A DNA stretch of 64,000 nucleotides from positions 958,641-1,022,640 of the forward strand of contig BCIN01000005.1 of assembly GCA_039545335.1 (NCBI GenBank). Direction: 5' to 3'. Origin of the DNA: Kondoa subrosea. Its lineage: Eukaryota. The notes under the pieces are model-generated. The model was not told where the DNA came from and did not search any database. It saw nothing but the letters and a program-made list of their open reading frames with translations. The translations under genes were made by a program, and so were the position numbers. Shown here piece after piece: positions 24,777 through 36,055 of the stretch; positions within the stretch are counted from its first letter, which is position 1, and every line of letters starts with the position of its first letter.

Positions 24777-26769
24777 TCAACAGACGTCAATAGCGGTCAA
24801 CCAAGATGACTGCTTGTTTGACACAGAAGACAGGGAGGAAGAGAGTCTTCTCGACATTGAAGGCCTTCTGGCTAATCCAGATGAACTTGCAGGCGATGAC
24901 GACGCAAAAGCTGCTGAGAGTTTGCGATTTGAGGAAGAAGTAGGGATGCCTGGATATTGAATTACATCGGAAGCTCTTCTTGTCATATGGACTGGCGAGT
25001 ACTGTAATCCGCTGATGTTGGTATGGGAAAGCGATCTTCTGCGCAAGGAATCCAGTTCTGTTGCCGAACGACATGCAGCAGATTTATGGCTTGACAACAG
25101 ACGACTTGACAAAGGAAGAGAGCCACATTGGGCTTCGACTGAAGGTGTAGCAGTAGGATAGTCCGTGCTTGATCTCTTAAGCGACGAGCGAGGTGGCGAC
25201 ATTGTAAGTCGCATGATCTTGACCTCGTTCTCGACAGCCAATTTGTGTAATCGAGCACACCCTGATATTGATCAGCACACGTCCCGAACGGTCCAAAAGG
25301 GGGAAACTCACAACTTGTGAACGTCTCCGGCTTTATGAACAGCTCATAGCCCAACACATCCAAGAAAGATCTCTCGTTCGCGTTGATCTCATGGACAGGC
25401 AGACCGCTCAACCTTGACCTAATGATGCGTATAAGTCAAAATAGTAAGAGAAAATTTATCTGATGCAACACACCAAGCCCCTTTCAAAGAGAAAGATATC
25501 AGCATTTATTTCCTCTGCAGAATAAAGTGACAGAAAAACTCACTGTTGCTATAATTTCGATCTTGCAAGAATTTGCTAGCGCAAATCAAACTAGCCAAAA
25601 ACATTCTTCTCCCACAAACGACCGGATCTCTACTTGTAGCTAGAACATCCGCAGCAGCTCTAGTGAATTCTTCATTAGGACTACCAGGTGGTGTAGCTAA
25701 TCCAGTTTCTCTCAGCAATCTTTCGGCTTCCAATTTTCTTTGATTGGATAAATTGCTGAAATGTGCTTTTGCCTTTTCGGCGAAATTAACACGTTCTCTA
25801 ATTGGTACTCGAGCTCGATGAAGGTAGTACAAAGCGACTTGTAAAGTTGTAATGTTTGATCGAGAACGTCGGAGAGTTTCTTTGATGAAATATTTGAGGG
25901 GTAAGACTTTGGAATCGGAGGAAGGAGAAGTAGATGGATTTGAAGACCAGATCGATTCTATCGCTAGCATACTTGTGCCTATGACATCCCATGAGATAAC
26001 GGACGAAGACTAAGGGATGAAAGCAGTGCTTACCAACTAAACCTTCAACAAATTTAGCATCTGGTGAAGATTCAGAAGTAGGTGATTCCAATTGCAAATG
26101 CTGAGCATCTAATTCAGGAGCAGGAGGTGGTGTAGGTAAAGAAGTGGAAGAAGATTGATTTTGTTGAACCAATTGCGATGCAACTCTTGAATAGGCAGAA
26201 GGTAGAAAACTTTCAGAATGACTGTTTTGTCTTGTTCGTGCCAATGCCTTTTGATTCATGGAGAAATCATGGACTTCTTCAGGTCGTAAAGCAGGTGTGG
26301 CAAATCCATTTGTTGCGTAGTTTGATAATTCTTCAGGTCCTAAACTTGCGTAACTTGATCTTTCTCTTCCGCCACCAGGACTACCATAGGGAATACCAGT
26401 TGAAGAAGGTTGCCAATTTGACAAGCTGAATGAACGAGGGAAAGAAGAAATTGAAGAACCGATGGAAGAACCGCCAGAAGAAACCGAAGAGGAAGAACTG
26501 AGAGGCGGAGTAGGTAGAGTATCGATATTGACCGACGTACGAAGGTGTGGTAGAACAGGTCGGAGTCTTCTTGTATCGATATCCATATGCTCTGCTTCTC
26601 TTGAAGAACTTTTGGATCTAGAGCGTTTTGCAGCTCGAGGTGAATCATAGTGAGGGAGGTAGTGCGAAGAGGAAGAAGGCGAAGATCCGCTCCGACCAGT
26701 GGCGAGAGGAGACGGTACGTGAATGAATTGCCATGAGGGTGTACAGGAGGAATTAGAAAGGTGTTGCAT
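24777..26769 (-). CDS. Pho85-type cyclin, PCL5/CLG1-like
   Basis: LPLKYFIKETLRRSRSNITTLQVALYYL, CGRRMFLASLICASKFLQDRNYSN|RAW|SRLSGLPVHEINANERSFL; long Ser-rich N-terminus. Confidence 0.9.
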
Positions 26770-27077
26770 TATTTGCTGTTTTTGCGTCTCTTCCTAGTCG
26801 GAACAGGTAAAAGCTCAACGAAGAGAACCTGAGAGAGAAGACTAGAGACCGGGAAAACAGGCGATGACTAGCTTGACGAATTGAAAGGCAGTGTATTGCG
26901 TATTGCGTAAATAGTGGCGATTGATGTTTTCTAGGGGTTCGATGCCGTGTACTTTGACAATGTAAGACAGAGAGAAAGAGAGCCGAGCCCAAGAGTTGTA
27001 GAAGAAGACTGTTTGATGTAAGTGCCGCAACCAGAAGTTGAGCACTGTCGGAAGTGATGAGACGCCCCCAAAAAAAT

Positions 27078-27224
27078 TCAAGCAATTTCGACCTCTTTCG
27101 AGTAAGCCATAGTTGCAGATGATAGAGGATTAGATGATGATGCCGTTGACCGTGAGACGTAAACCAGTAAATGAGTTTGACCTTTGCCGTGAATTGAGGT
27201 TATAGATAGCAATTGTGCTTGCAT
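27078..27224 (-). other. Putative upstream ORF (48 aa; internal in-frame ATG gives MAYSKEVEIA) upstream of the cyclin
   Basis: The only two minus-strand ATGs between 26770 and ~27640 (27224 and 27110) are in the same frame and end at TGA 27078-27080. Confidence 0.5.
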
Positions 27225-27325
27225 CCAATGTTCCTTTGATGGATGATGGAAAGAGAGGTAGGAGATAAAACCCTTGAAGAATTACAAGGGACAGAGCGGG
27301 TGAAAGAGGCGTGGGTTGAAAATTA

Positions 27326-27678
27326 CGAGTCAAAAGAACAAGTGACTCGCAATTGTTAATTGACCGCTTTCCTTTGTTCTCCAGAAAAGTGTCGCGGATT
27401 GCTTGCCCTGGACCTTGCTACAGTGTTCCAGAGAGAGCAGCCTTGATCCTGCGAGAGGTGAAGCCGCAAAGGGATGGAGAGGAGTATTTCGCCGAAGGGG
27501 CGGCGAGAAGAGGGAGGAAGACTGAGTCACGCCGGACGAAAGCGTTCTCTACCAAGCGCCTGTTGCTTTGCTTGTTGCTGTTGTTGAAAGAGTGACAGCC
27601 CTGGCGAACAGAGCGTTGGGAGAAAAAGAAGAAGAAATCGTTGACCCCAGAGTCTGCGGCTATGCGGCAAACTGACTC
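27326..27678. promoter_or_regulatory. Cluster of four Gcn4/Cpc1 (AP-1-like) TGACTC elements upstream of the cyclin
   Basis: CGAGTCA 27326-27332 and TGACTCG 27343-27349 (inverted pair), TGAGTCA 27523-27529, TGACTC 27673-27678. Confidence 0.55.
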
Positions 27679-27709
27679 GGCCTATCGGATGGGGTTAACT
27701 TTGGAGACG

Positions 27710-29542
27710 CTAATCATTACTAGTAGCTACAGGCTTCCTTCGCCTTACTCTACTAGGTGTAGCTTCATCATCCCCTTGCGCTCCTTCCGTTTCTTCATCA
27801 CTTTCATTTCCATCGACATCCAACTCTTTAGTCACCGAAGAAGCTTGGTGCGATAGTTTTGTTCCTTCATCAGCTGCATGAGGTAACAACTTTTCTTCTT
27901 CAGCTTTCCTTTTCTTCTCCCTGTTCTCTTTAACAATTTTCTGATCTTCTTCCTCTTGATCTGAATCTTTATATTCCCATAGCTATGTCCTCAAAACATC
28001 AGTCTATTCATCTCCACAATCCTACAGAAGATTGATTACCTGTTTTAGCTCACCACGAACAACAGCGCAAAGGAAAACAGTGATTCCACAAGCAGGACTT
28101 AAATAAAGTAAAGCAGGTTGAGCGCTTCTGAAGTAATGCATCACACCGATAGTGAGCATCAAGCCAAAGGTGTATGCCAGTAGACAAGCTTTGAAGTAAG
28201 GTTTGATGTAATAGGCATTCATTTTGGGGACGAGTAAGGATGGTGAAGCAGAGGAAGAAGGTTTGGACCGCAGTTGAGCTAAGTAGTAGTCGAAGCGAAG
28301 ACAAAATGCGACAAAGAGACCTGGCAAGTTTATGTGTGAGCTCGAGCTCAAACCTTCGATATGAGCAAGATTGACCAGGTACAACTATATCACCGAGGCC
28401 CTTTTCTTGTCGTCAGCAACAGCTCGGAGCAATTGATGGATCATACATACTAGCATATTATGTCGCGAATCTGTTGGATGCAATATATCTCTCGGCCAAG
28501 TGATCATGATGGGACCTCTGTGAGTTACGAATATGAGCCTTCAGCTTCGCAACAGGTAGCTCAGACAGATCATAACTCACTCTACACTGGTGGCTACCGA
28601 GACCATCTACCAATCATATTAACTTGAAACGAAGCTGTATGATCAGAAAATAACATACTACATTCTGTCCCACCACCTTCTCTGATCCAAAGACCCAGAA
28701 GATATCGTAAATGAGTAATCCAGCAAGCAAAATAAGACCAGTAGCAAAACTATCCAACCGCAGCAAAGTGACTACCACGTGTCAGCTGGACTGGATATAG
28801 AGTACGGTCCGGAAAAGCTTACTAGCATTGAAGGCTAATGAAAGAGCGAAGATATTGGCTAACGCCCATGATCGCGTGTATTGATTGAGAACCGTCAAGG
28901 CGATGGTAAGGAGACTAAGTAGCAAGTGATATTTCGACCCTTTGAGATCGAAGAGCGTTGTGTACTTATTCTTTGCGAAAGTGAGCTCAAGATAACAGTG
29001 TTGAGTACTAAGAATCTATAGATTTTGACAATACTAACTTTGTACTTCTTCTCCTTCTTCCATTTAGCTGATCCAATGTAGGTCTTGGTTGAAGAGAGAA
29101 ATGTCTGCACGAATACAATCAAATCAAAACTATCGAGATAGTATGTAGACGATAGATCGTACCTTGTATAAAGCCAAAGCGGCAACAACCAGAAAGTAAA
29201 CATTCAGAATTTGGTTGATGAGATTCTGCGACAGCGCGAACATCAGCTAGTAAATCACAGGCACAGCGAGATACAGACCTTGTCCACGTATTTGAAGACT
29301 AGAAACAAGCCAAAGAGAGCACAACTAGCCAAAGCAGGAAACCAATAGGCATCTTCGCTCGTCAACGTCTCTTGCACATCTTCGTCGTCTGACTCGTCCT
29401 CATCATCATCAACTTTTCTTGCTCCTCCTGCTTTGCTTTTGATTGATTTGGGTTTACGTATACTGCCGTACGATCCAGCATAGATGGGCAGGAGAGCACA
29501 TAGAACAATGCACCCATAAGCTTGATACAGGCCGTAGTCCAT
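27710..29542 (-). CDS. SPP: Signal peptide peptidase (A22B intramembrane aspartyl protease)
   Basis: AYWFPALASCALFGLFLVFKY, catalytic YDIFWVFG, ML|GLGDIVVP|G, QPALLYLSP; many short exons. Confidence 0.93.
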
Positions 29543-29640
29543 GCTTGCAAGCCAGTTAAAGAGTCTAGACAGCGACCTGCGCTGTGTTGAGAGGACGTTG
29601 GAGGAAGACCAAGGTTGGAATTAGACAGTGAACTTGTATC

Positions 29641-31448
29641 ATGCGGTTCCCTACGCGCGCTGTAGTACTGCTAGCGACCGGGATAGGCCTGGCATTCAGC
29701 AGAGAAGCTCCTCCTCCTTCTTCAGCACCGAGCTTTGAATCTCAGCCTTACATTGTCGAAAGCTTGTCAAGGCAAATAGACCTCTCTGGATCCCTCAGCC
29801 ATTCTTCTGCGGTCTACAAATTACGGCAGAAGAACCAGAACAGTCCTGCTGATGCTGCTCTGCCCCCATTCAAGCTCGCTATCGACGATTTAGTACATGG
29901 AAATCTAAGCTGGCTCGAGGCTTCGTTAGGTAAAGGCCCAAAGGCTCAGAAAATAGATGTGGTCAAGGCGTACCATGATCTAGCAAAGTGAGTTTAAGTA
30001 CTGGCTTTCGGATGTTGCTTGATCTCAAAGCTATGAATTTGAAGGTCCGCTACTATTTATAATGTGATCCTACCGGAAGCAACGACGCTCGACGATGGCA
30101 AGCTAGTGGTCACAGTCAATCAGGTCTACAGTCATCTCGCTTCACCCGTACCAAAGATTCTGGAACATGCTTCGACAGATGGTCAAATGCTATTATGGCA
30201 ATCTGATATTCTAGGCGGAGCTGGTCTGCTAGGTGTAGTCAATGAAGCGAAAGTGCGAGTCAAGTGAGCAACAGTGCGGAAGATTGAGACTGTGCTCATT
30301 CTCTTTATGCACATTGTTTACAGAATGCCCACACCTAAAGTTCAACGATATCACACTCCGCCAGGCTTCACTTCTTCCCATACAAAAGGCTCGCAAACTG
30401 TAGTCTTCACTTCCAAAGAAGCTTTCACCAAGCCCTCGGTCGAATTCGCTGCAATTCACTATTTCCACCCAGAACCTGTTGTAGCGTTCAAGAATCTCAA
30501 AAGATCTGTAGAGATCTCACATTGGGCTTCTAGCATGGCTATAGAAGATGAAATAGAATTGGTCAATAATGGTCCGGCGTAAGTGCTTTTCGCTTCGATC
30601 TGTCATCGTCCTTGCTCATTTTGCTGCACAGACTAAAAGGCCATTTCTCTCGACTAACGCATCAACAACAAACATTCCAACGTCGCGGTGTTCCTCCGGC
30701 GCCTCATGTATTAGGCGGTCTATCTTTCTCACTTCCACCTAAAGTCTATTCACCTTATTACTACGATACGGTTGGAAACGTTTCTTGGTCCAATTTCCGT
30801 TCTTCTTCCAATCCAGGAGGAAAAGAAAAGAAAGAATCGATAATGGATATCAGACCTCGATATCCTTTACTAGGTGGATGGACTTACAATTTCACTATTG
30901 GTTATATTGCGCCTTTGCAAGATTATTTGATCGATAAGAAGGGAAGAGAGTATGAAGTGAGAGTACCGTTTTTGAGTAAAGTGAAAGACGTTCCTTCCGA
31001 TCAGGTGGAAGTTAGGATCAGTTTACCGGAAGGTGCTAGGTAAGTGTTTCTGCACGAACAATGCTCGAGGTTTTGTAGCGCTGAAGAGTATACTTATAGA
31101 ATTGATAAAGTCGTACCGCCTTTCCCAGTAGATTCAATGTCTGAAGAGATCTTCTATACTTACTTCGATACTACTGGAAGACCGACTGTAGTACTCAAGA
31201 AAAGTGCTTGTTCACATATGCATGTGAAAGATGTAGTCGTGAGTACAACCGTCTCTATATGTGGAAGCGTTGACTGAATGCGTGTACAGATTGCATACCA
31301 CTACTCTCTTTTCGCCTACTTCCAGAAAGCAATAGTCGCAGTCTCAGCTATAGCATCGACAGCTCTTCTCACTATTCTGTACCGTCAAATAGATTGGCGA
31401 CTGAATCCTGTAGGTCATGCGAAAGTAGTGAAGCAAAAGGCACTTTAG
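29641..31448 (+). CDS. OST1: Oligosaccharyltransferase subunit ribophorin I
   Basis: Signal peptide; LKRSVEISHW, LKGHFSRL, YYYDTVGNVS, PRYPLLGGWTYNFTIGY, YFDTTGRP; C-terminal TM helix. Confidence 0.93.
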
Positions 31449-31512
31449 AGACCGACAAATATTACAACGAAATCAATACCTGTACAAAAGCACAACAATT
31501 GCACCGTCATTA

Positions 31513-32214
31513 TTATACCCTCCTGTACTCTGACCGTTTCTGCATCTCCTCTTCCCTCAATTCCATCAATAATCGACCAAACACGTTCTTCCCTCCATTC
31601 AATCCACCCCAAAATTGATCTTTATCATCATACACCAAGATTGCTTTTCCACTCTGCAACAATGCATCCAGAACAATGTAATGCTGCTCCAATTTCATCT
31701 TCAACAACTTTCGCAGCGTCTCTTGCTGATCCTTTAAACTGAATTCTTTCCTCCATCTGTCATTCACCCGGACAAGTTCTTTCATGGCATCAATATCTTC
31801 TTCTGCGATAATCGCTCGTACTAAAGGCATACAAGTTGAGAAATCGAACTGGACGGCTTTCCATAGATGATAAGCTGTTGGGAAGATCAGAGGAGATAGA
31901 GAGGGTGATATTGGGTAGGTTATGGAATGAGGACTGAAGAGACTCAAGGCGAAGAAAGGTTGGGAATCAGAGGAGCCAAAGAGAATAGGAGTCGATGATG
32001 ATGAAGTTTCCTGGCGCGAAGGGCGTTTGATGGCTGGAGGTCGAGGTGGTGGGAGCAGTGCTAGATCAAAACGATCAGAAGCGATTGCATTGCAATAGGA
32101 CCACCTACGCTCCGCAGCGTGTTTGTGACTCGCTAACAGCGGTCTTGTGCTGTTACGCCTGTGCAAAATTGTCTCTTGCTCGTATTCGATAGAGAAAGTT
32201 TGACAATTACCCAT
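31513..32214 (-). CDS. NADAR/YbiA-like (DUF1768) domain protein, divergent, with MGNC N-terminus
   Basis: FPTAYHLWKAVQF...KMKLEQH..LDALLQSGKAILVYDDKDQFWG..GGKNVFGRLLMELRE; intronless. Confidence 0.8.
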   Translation of the reverse strand: MGNCQTFSIEYEQETILHRRNSTRPLLASHKHAAERRWSYCNAIASDRFDLALLPPPRPPAIKRPSRQETSSSSTPILFGSSDSQPFFALSLFSPHSITYPISPSLSPLIFPTAYHLWKAVQFDFSTCMPLVRAIIAEEDIDAMKELVRVNDRWRKEFSLKDQQETLRKLLKMKLEQHYIVLDALLQSGKAILVYDDKDQFWGGLNGGKNVFGRLLMELREEEMQKRSEYRRV

Positions 32215-32432
32215 AATTATCACTGAATGAGTTGTGCGCTAAGGAAAAGAGATTGAATAGAGAAATTAGAGTGTTAGGGTGAGGCGATGAAAGGTCAGAA
32301 GACGTCGGTATTCATAGCCTCTTTGGCCAGTCAGCTGATCAGCGGATCATGCTTTCATTGCTGAGAGCAGTGCACAATTACAAGTGGTGAGAAATACAAA
32401 GGGTGTCCATAATTTGTTCTACTTCTTGTTTT

Positions 32433-34816
32433 TTACCCTTTCATGGAAATGAGTAGAGATAACAGTGTAGAGCGAATAACAGACCATGTTTCTGAGTTCC
32501 ATGGCTTCTCCCTTCTGATGTCGTAGGGTCGAGCTGCTGCGCGCACATAAGGAATAATGTCGGACCATTTCGAACCAGGTTCAAGCATTTCGACAATTCT
32601 GTCGCCACCAATAATGACGCCGGCTTCGTAGTTGCCACAGCCTTGAGTCTTATCGACAGATGCAGACGTTTCGCCGTGTGCCGCTTTGCTGAAGTTCGCA
32701 CTGTTCCGCACAGATTAACAATTTGTCTTAGAACACAAAGTTTCCTGCTTACGACCCCAAGTACATCCATAATGGCGTAGCTTCCGGATCATTGGCATCG
32801 ACACCCATCAGTAGCTTAGTGTGAAACATCCTGCGCTCCGTTGCTCTAGATCAGCAGTGTCTCTAGCTGGTGTTTGGGTCAGCTCACATGCCAGAATCAG
32901 TTGAGTCATAATGATAGTAGAGCCTTTTGAGAGCATCTGGAGCTTGGGCCCATTTAGTGTGTCTAACGACGGGTCAGCCTGTTTGCCGAACGAGAATCAA
33001 GGGACTTACGACCCCATATTGCCTGTTGAAGGCTTTCAATCTCATCTCTATTAGGACAGATGATCCTACTTACATGCTGGTTCTTTGCCAAAAGTAGAAG
33101 CTTCTACGTCTGCACGAGTAGGAAAGATAATTTTGCAATTAGGCTTCAGAGCAAATTAGTAGAGTGTTTCGAACAAGAATGCAGCCACTGACTACTTCTT
33201 CGTCCTCGCTACAATCTTGACGTCCTCCAGTAGCATTCTGATGCATTTCATGTAAAAAAGCGGGTGTCAGTTGACCCAAACTAGCGGTATTGATCTCCAA
33301 TTGAATTTCAGGTAAATCTTCTTCGGCGATCTTCTTCAATAACTTCTTGCACACCGTCAAAATTCTCAAAGCACCAAAAGCGAAACCATCTTCCAAACGT
33401 TTGCTCACTCCAGGTCGGGACAGACAGATTTGAGCTTTGAGGGAAGTAAAGTCGAATTGACCTTTGCGGAATCGATCGATGCCTTCTTCCGGACAGTTGA
33501 GTTCAAGGTAATGATCGAAGAAGTGTGACATTTGGGAAGGTAGTTTAACCTTGTTTGTTGAACGCGGAAAATCTTGAATGCTGTTTGAGAATTTAGGTAT
33601 AAGCAAGATTGAGGCAGCGGAACATCCGACTCACAACCAAAGATTATCACCATTGACAAAGTCACAATCCATGAAGTTGGTAGATGCAATGACAATGCGA
33701 GCAAAGTTCTTATCTGCAAGTGGATCTCAGATTCCCTCGGACAGGAAAGAGGAGACTGACATTCGATTAGCATAATCTTGCTATGCGCCGAGCCGGAGAT
33801 CTTGGGTGCAAAGAAAGGCTTGAAGTTTTTCTATTGCTAGAGATCAGTTTCGATCTTTGCTGAACAAGGGATCACAAACACCGTATTGACGAGGATAGTA
33901 CTTTGTCGCCCACTTGACGTACTTGTTGAAGTCTTCTCTGCTTGCTCCCTTCATATCTGCGATCATAATACCTTCTTCGTCATAGTATTCTCTTCAAGCT
34001 AAATCCTGTGAAGCATCGCGGCCGATGTCTAGGAGATCGGTCAATCAGCTTCTTCAAGCCAGTAGTTGTATATACACACAAGTAGGAACCTTGAAAGGCT
34101 GCAAGCGTCCGAATAATTCATCTTGAGCAATAAAGAAAGCATAACCAATGTAAGAAAGCATAGAGTTCGGATCAACCAGCTCTTCAAAGATGATGGTGTT
34201 CTTCTTATTGCGTCGACCTGGCGTTCTAGTCATTCGCAGAGCACCCTTGGCAAACTTCATAGCTTCAAGAGAGACAATTATTCTTAAAGTCGAAAGAACA
34301 GCGATACACCTACAATCGGCACCCAGAGCAGGGTTCTTCCGATCCACAAGGTCGCTCATACCCATCATTCGCTTTTTAGCAGGAGCAGAAGTAGAAGCAA
34401 CAGGAGGGGAAGGGCCGCGACGAGTTGAAGGTTCACCTTTGAAGGAAGCTACTTCTGATTCATCTGCTGGATCTTCCACCTTGAGAGCATCTGCCTTTCT
34501 CTTGCGAAGCAGTGCAGTTTCACGAACTTGCTCAGCGAGTGATAATTTGGCCTTGACAGGTTGAGCTTGTTTCGTAGGACTAGCTTTACTCTTGACTGGG
34601 ACAGCAACCGCACCATCATCTTCATCGTCAGAGATGACAACAGGGTCGGTAGCATGCTGGGATTTAGCTGAGCTAGGATTCATTTCCAATGATGCTTGAA
34701 TTGCAAGTTTGAGATCTCGAGCTTCTTGACCGTCCTGGCGTGCGCTTGAGATGTTAGTAGAACTGATTGCTAGCTGCTATGAAGCTTACGAGGCCTTCAG
34801 ACATGACTTCGCTCAT
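32433..34816 (-). CDS. Tyrosyl-DNA phosphodiesterase 1-like (PLD superfamily) with N-terminal UIM-like motif
   Basis: Spliced GSAHSKIMLIE|YKNFARIVIASTNF, MFHTKLLMG, SANFSKAAHG, NYEAGV, IIPY..ARPY..KPW; DLKLAIQASL near the N-terminus. 3' end approximate. Confidence 0.85.
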
Positions 34817-34979
34817 TACACATGCTTGTACACAATCAACAATTGGCGAGCGCGAGTCGACGGGTGATGTCTCAATCGAGTATGCAGAAGTTGTTGAGCT
34901 CACGTTTACGGAGAGGACAGCCAATATCACATGTCATCTGCTGCTACACTGTATAAGAAATTATTTACTATACCATTGT

Positions 34980-35900
34980 GATCAATTCCAGCACCACTGC
35001 TTCGTTGCAAGATGAGAGCTCGGTGAGGACGAAAACGGAAAGGAGTCGTATACAGAGAAGGCAGCGACGATGAGAAAAGAAGCAAATGTCCGAGAGCTGG
35101 TGTATTCAAAAGATGTTCTTTCATTGCGATGAGCGTAGTGTCTGAGCTGTTTGACTTAAGTAGCTGGCTGACCTTTACCGAAAGCTTCGATTTCGTTCTG
35201 CGATAGAGATTGATCTGGGTCTTGAAGCGGAACGACTGCTTTTATCCAAGCTGACATCTGGCTACGCTCCATAGCAGACAATCTCTCAGTGAAATTGATG
35301 CAGGATTGGAAGAGCTGAAACTCTCATCAGTCCAGCACATTGTTCATACCGAGACACCCACTTGTCGTTCAGCAGACATGGCAATTATCTTGATCGCGCA
35401 TTCGTGAACTTCTTGAGCCAGGAGATGAGCAGTATAAGTGCCATGCATCTTGACGGTAATACTATCGTGCCACTGAATAGCATGCGAGCGTTTCGCTGAC
35501 GTGACAGCAACATAACCGTTCGCGCAGAGCATAAGATAAGCCTAGGATAGACTCTGAAAGGCAGTTTCAGGAAAAGAGGAAGGGGTGTCAGTCTTTCCTT
35601 GGCAGATCATTGAAATTGTATAAAGATCGTGACAAGCGCAATAGCAGACATAGGATGATAGGATGGAAGTGAGCCCTTGCAGACGTTGTAGAAATCGACC
35701 TCATTCAAGTATGTCGGGCCAATGTTGAAGAGACCAGCACAGATGGACCACAGGACAGTATAGGAGCTCGCTAGCAGACAGCCAGATAGCCTGTTTCTTC
35801 CCAAGGATTCGATGCGAATGAATTGGATGTAAGCCAGTCCTGTTGCCAGAAGGGTATATGTACTATCACGGTACTTCTTCTGGTGTTTCTCAGGCCTCCA
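34980..35900 (-). CDS. Hypothetical membrane protein (exon chain only partly resolved)
   Basis: Hydrophobic YTLLATGLAYIQFI/SYTVLWSICAGLFNI segments; downstream exons ...AERQ|LFQSCINF...KSKLS joined by a GTGGGT..CAG intron. Confidence 0.35.
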
Positions 35901-36055
35901 GACAGGCGATATGATCACTTCATATTCCTGACAACGTTGTGCAAGGTCAAGCGAGCTTGGTTGCCCTTTGTTCTGAACTGTCGCCTTCTGAGTACTATAC
36001 CCAGTCTGCCTAGGTCGCTGTTCTGTACAGTAACACGCCGATACCTCATCTGAAC

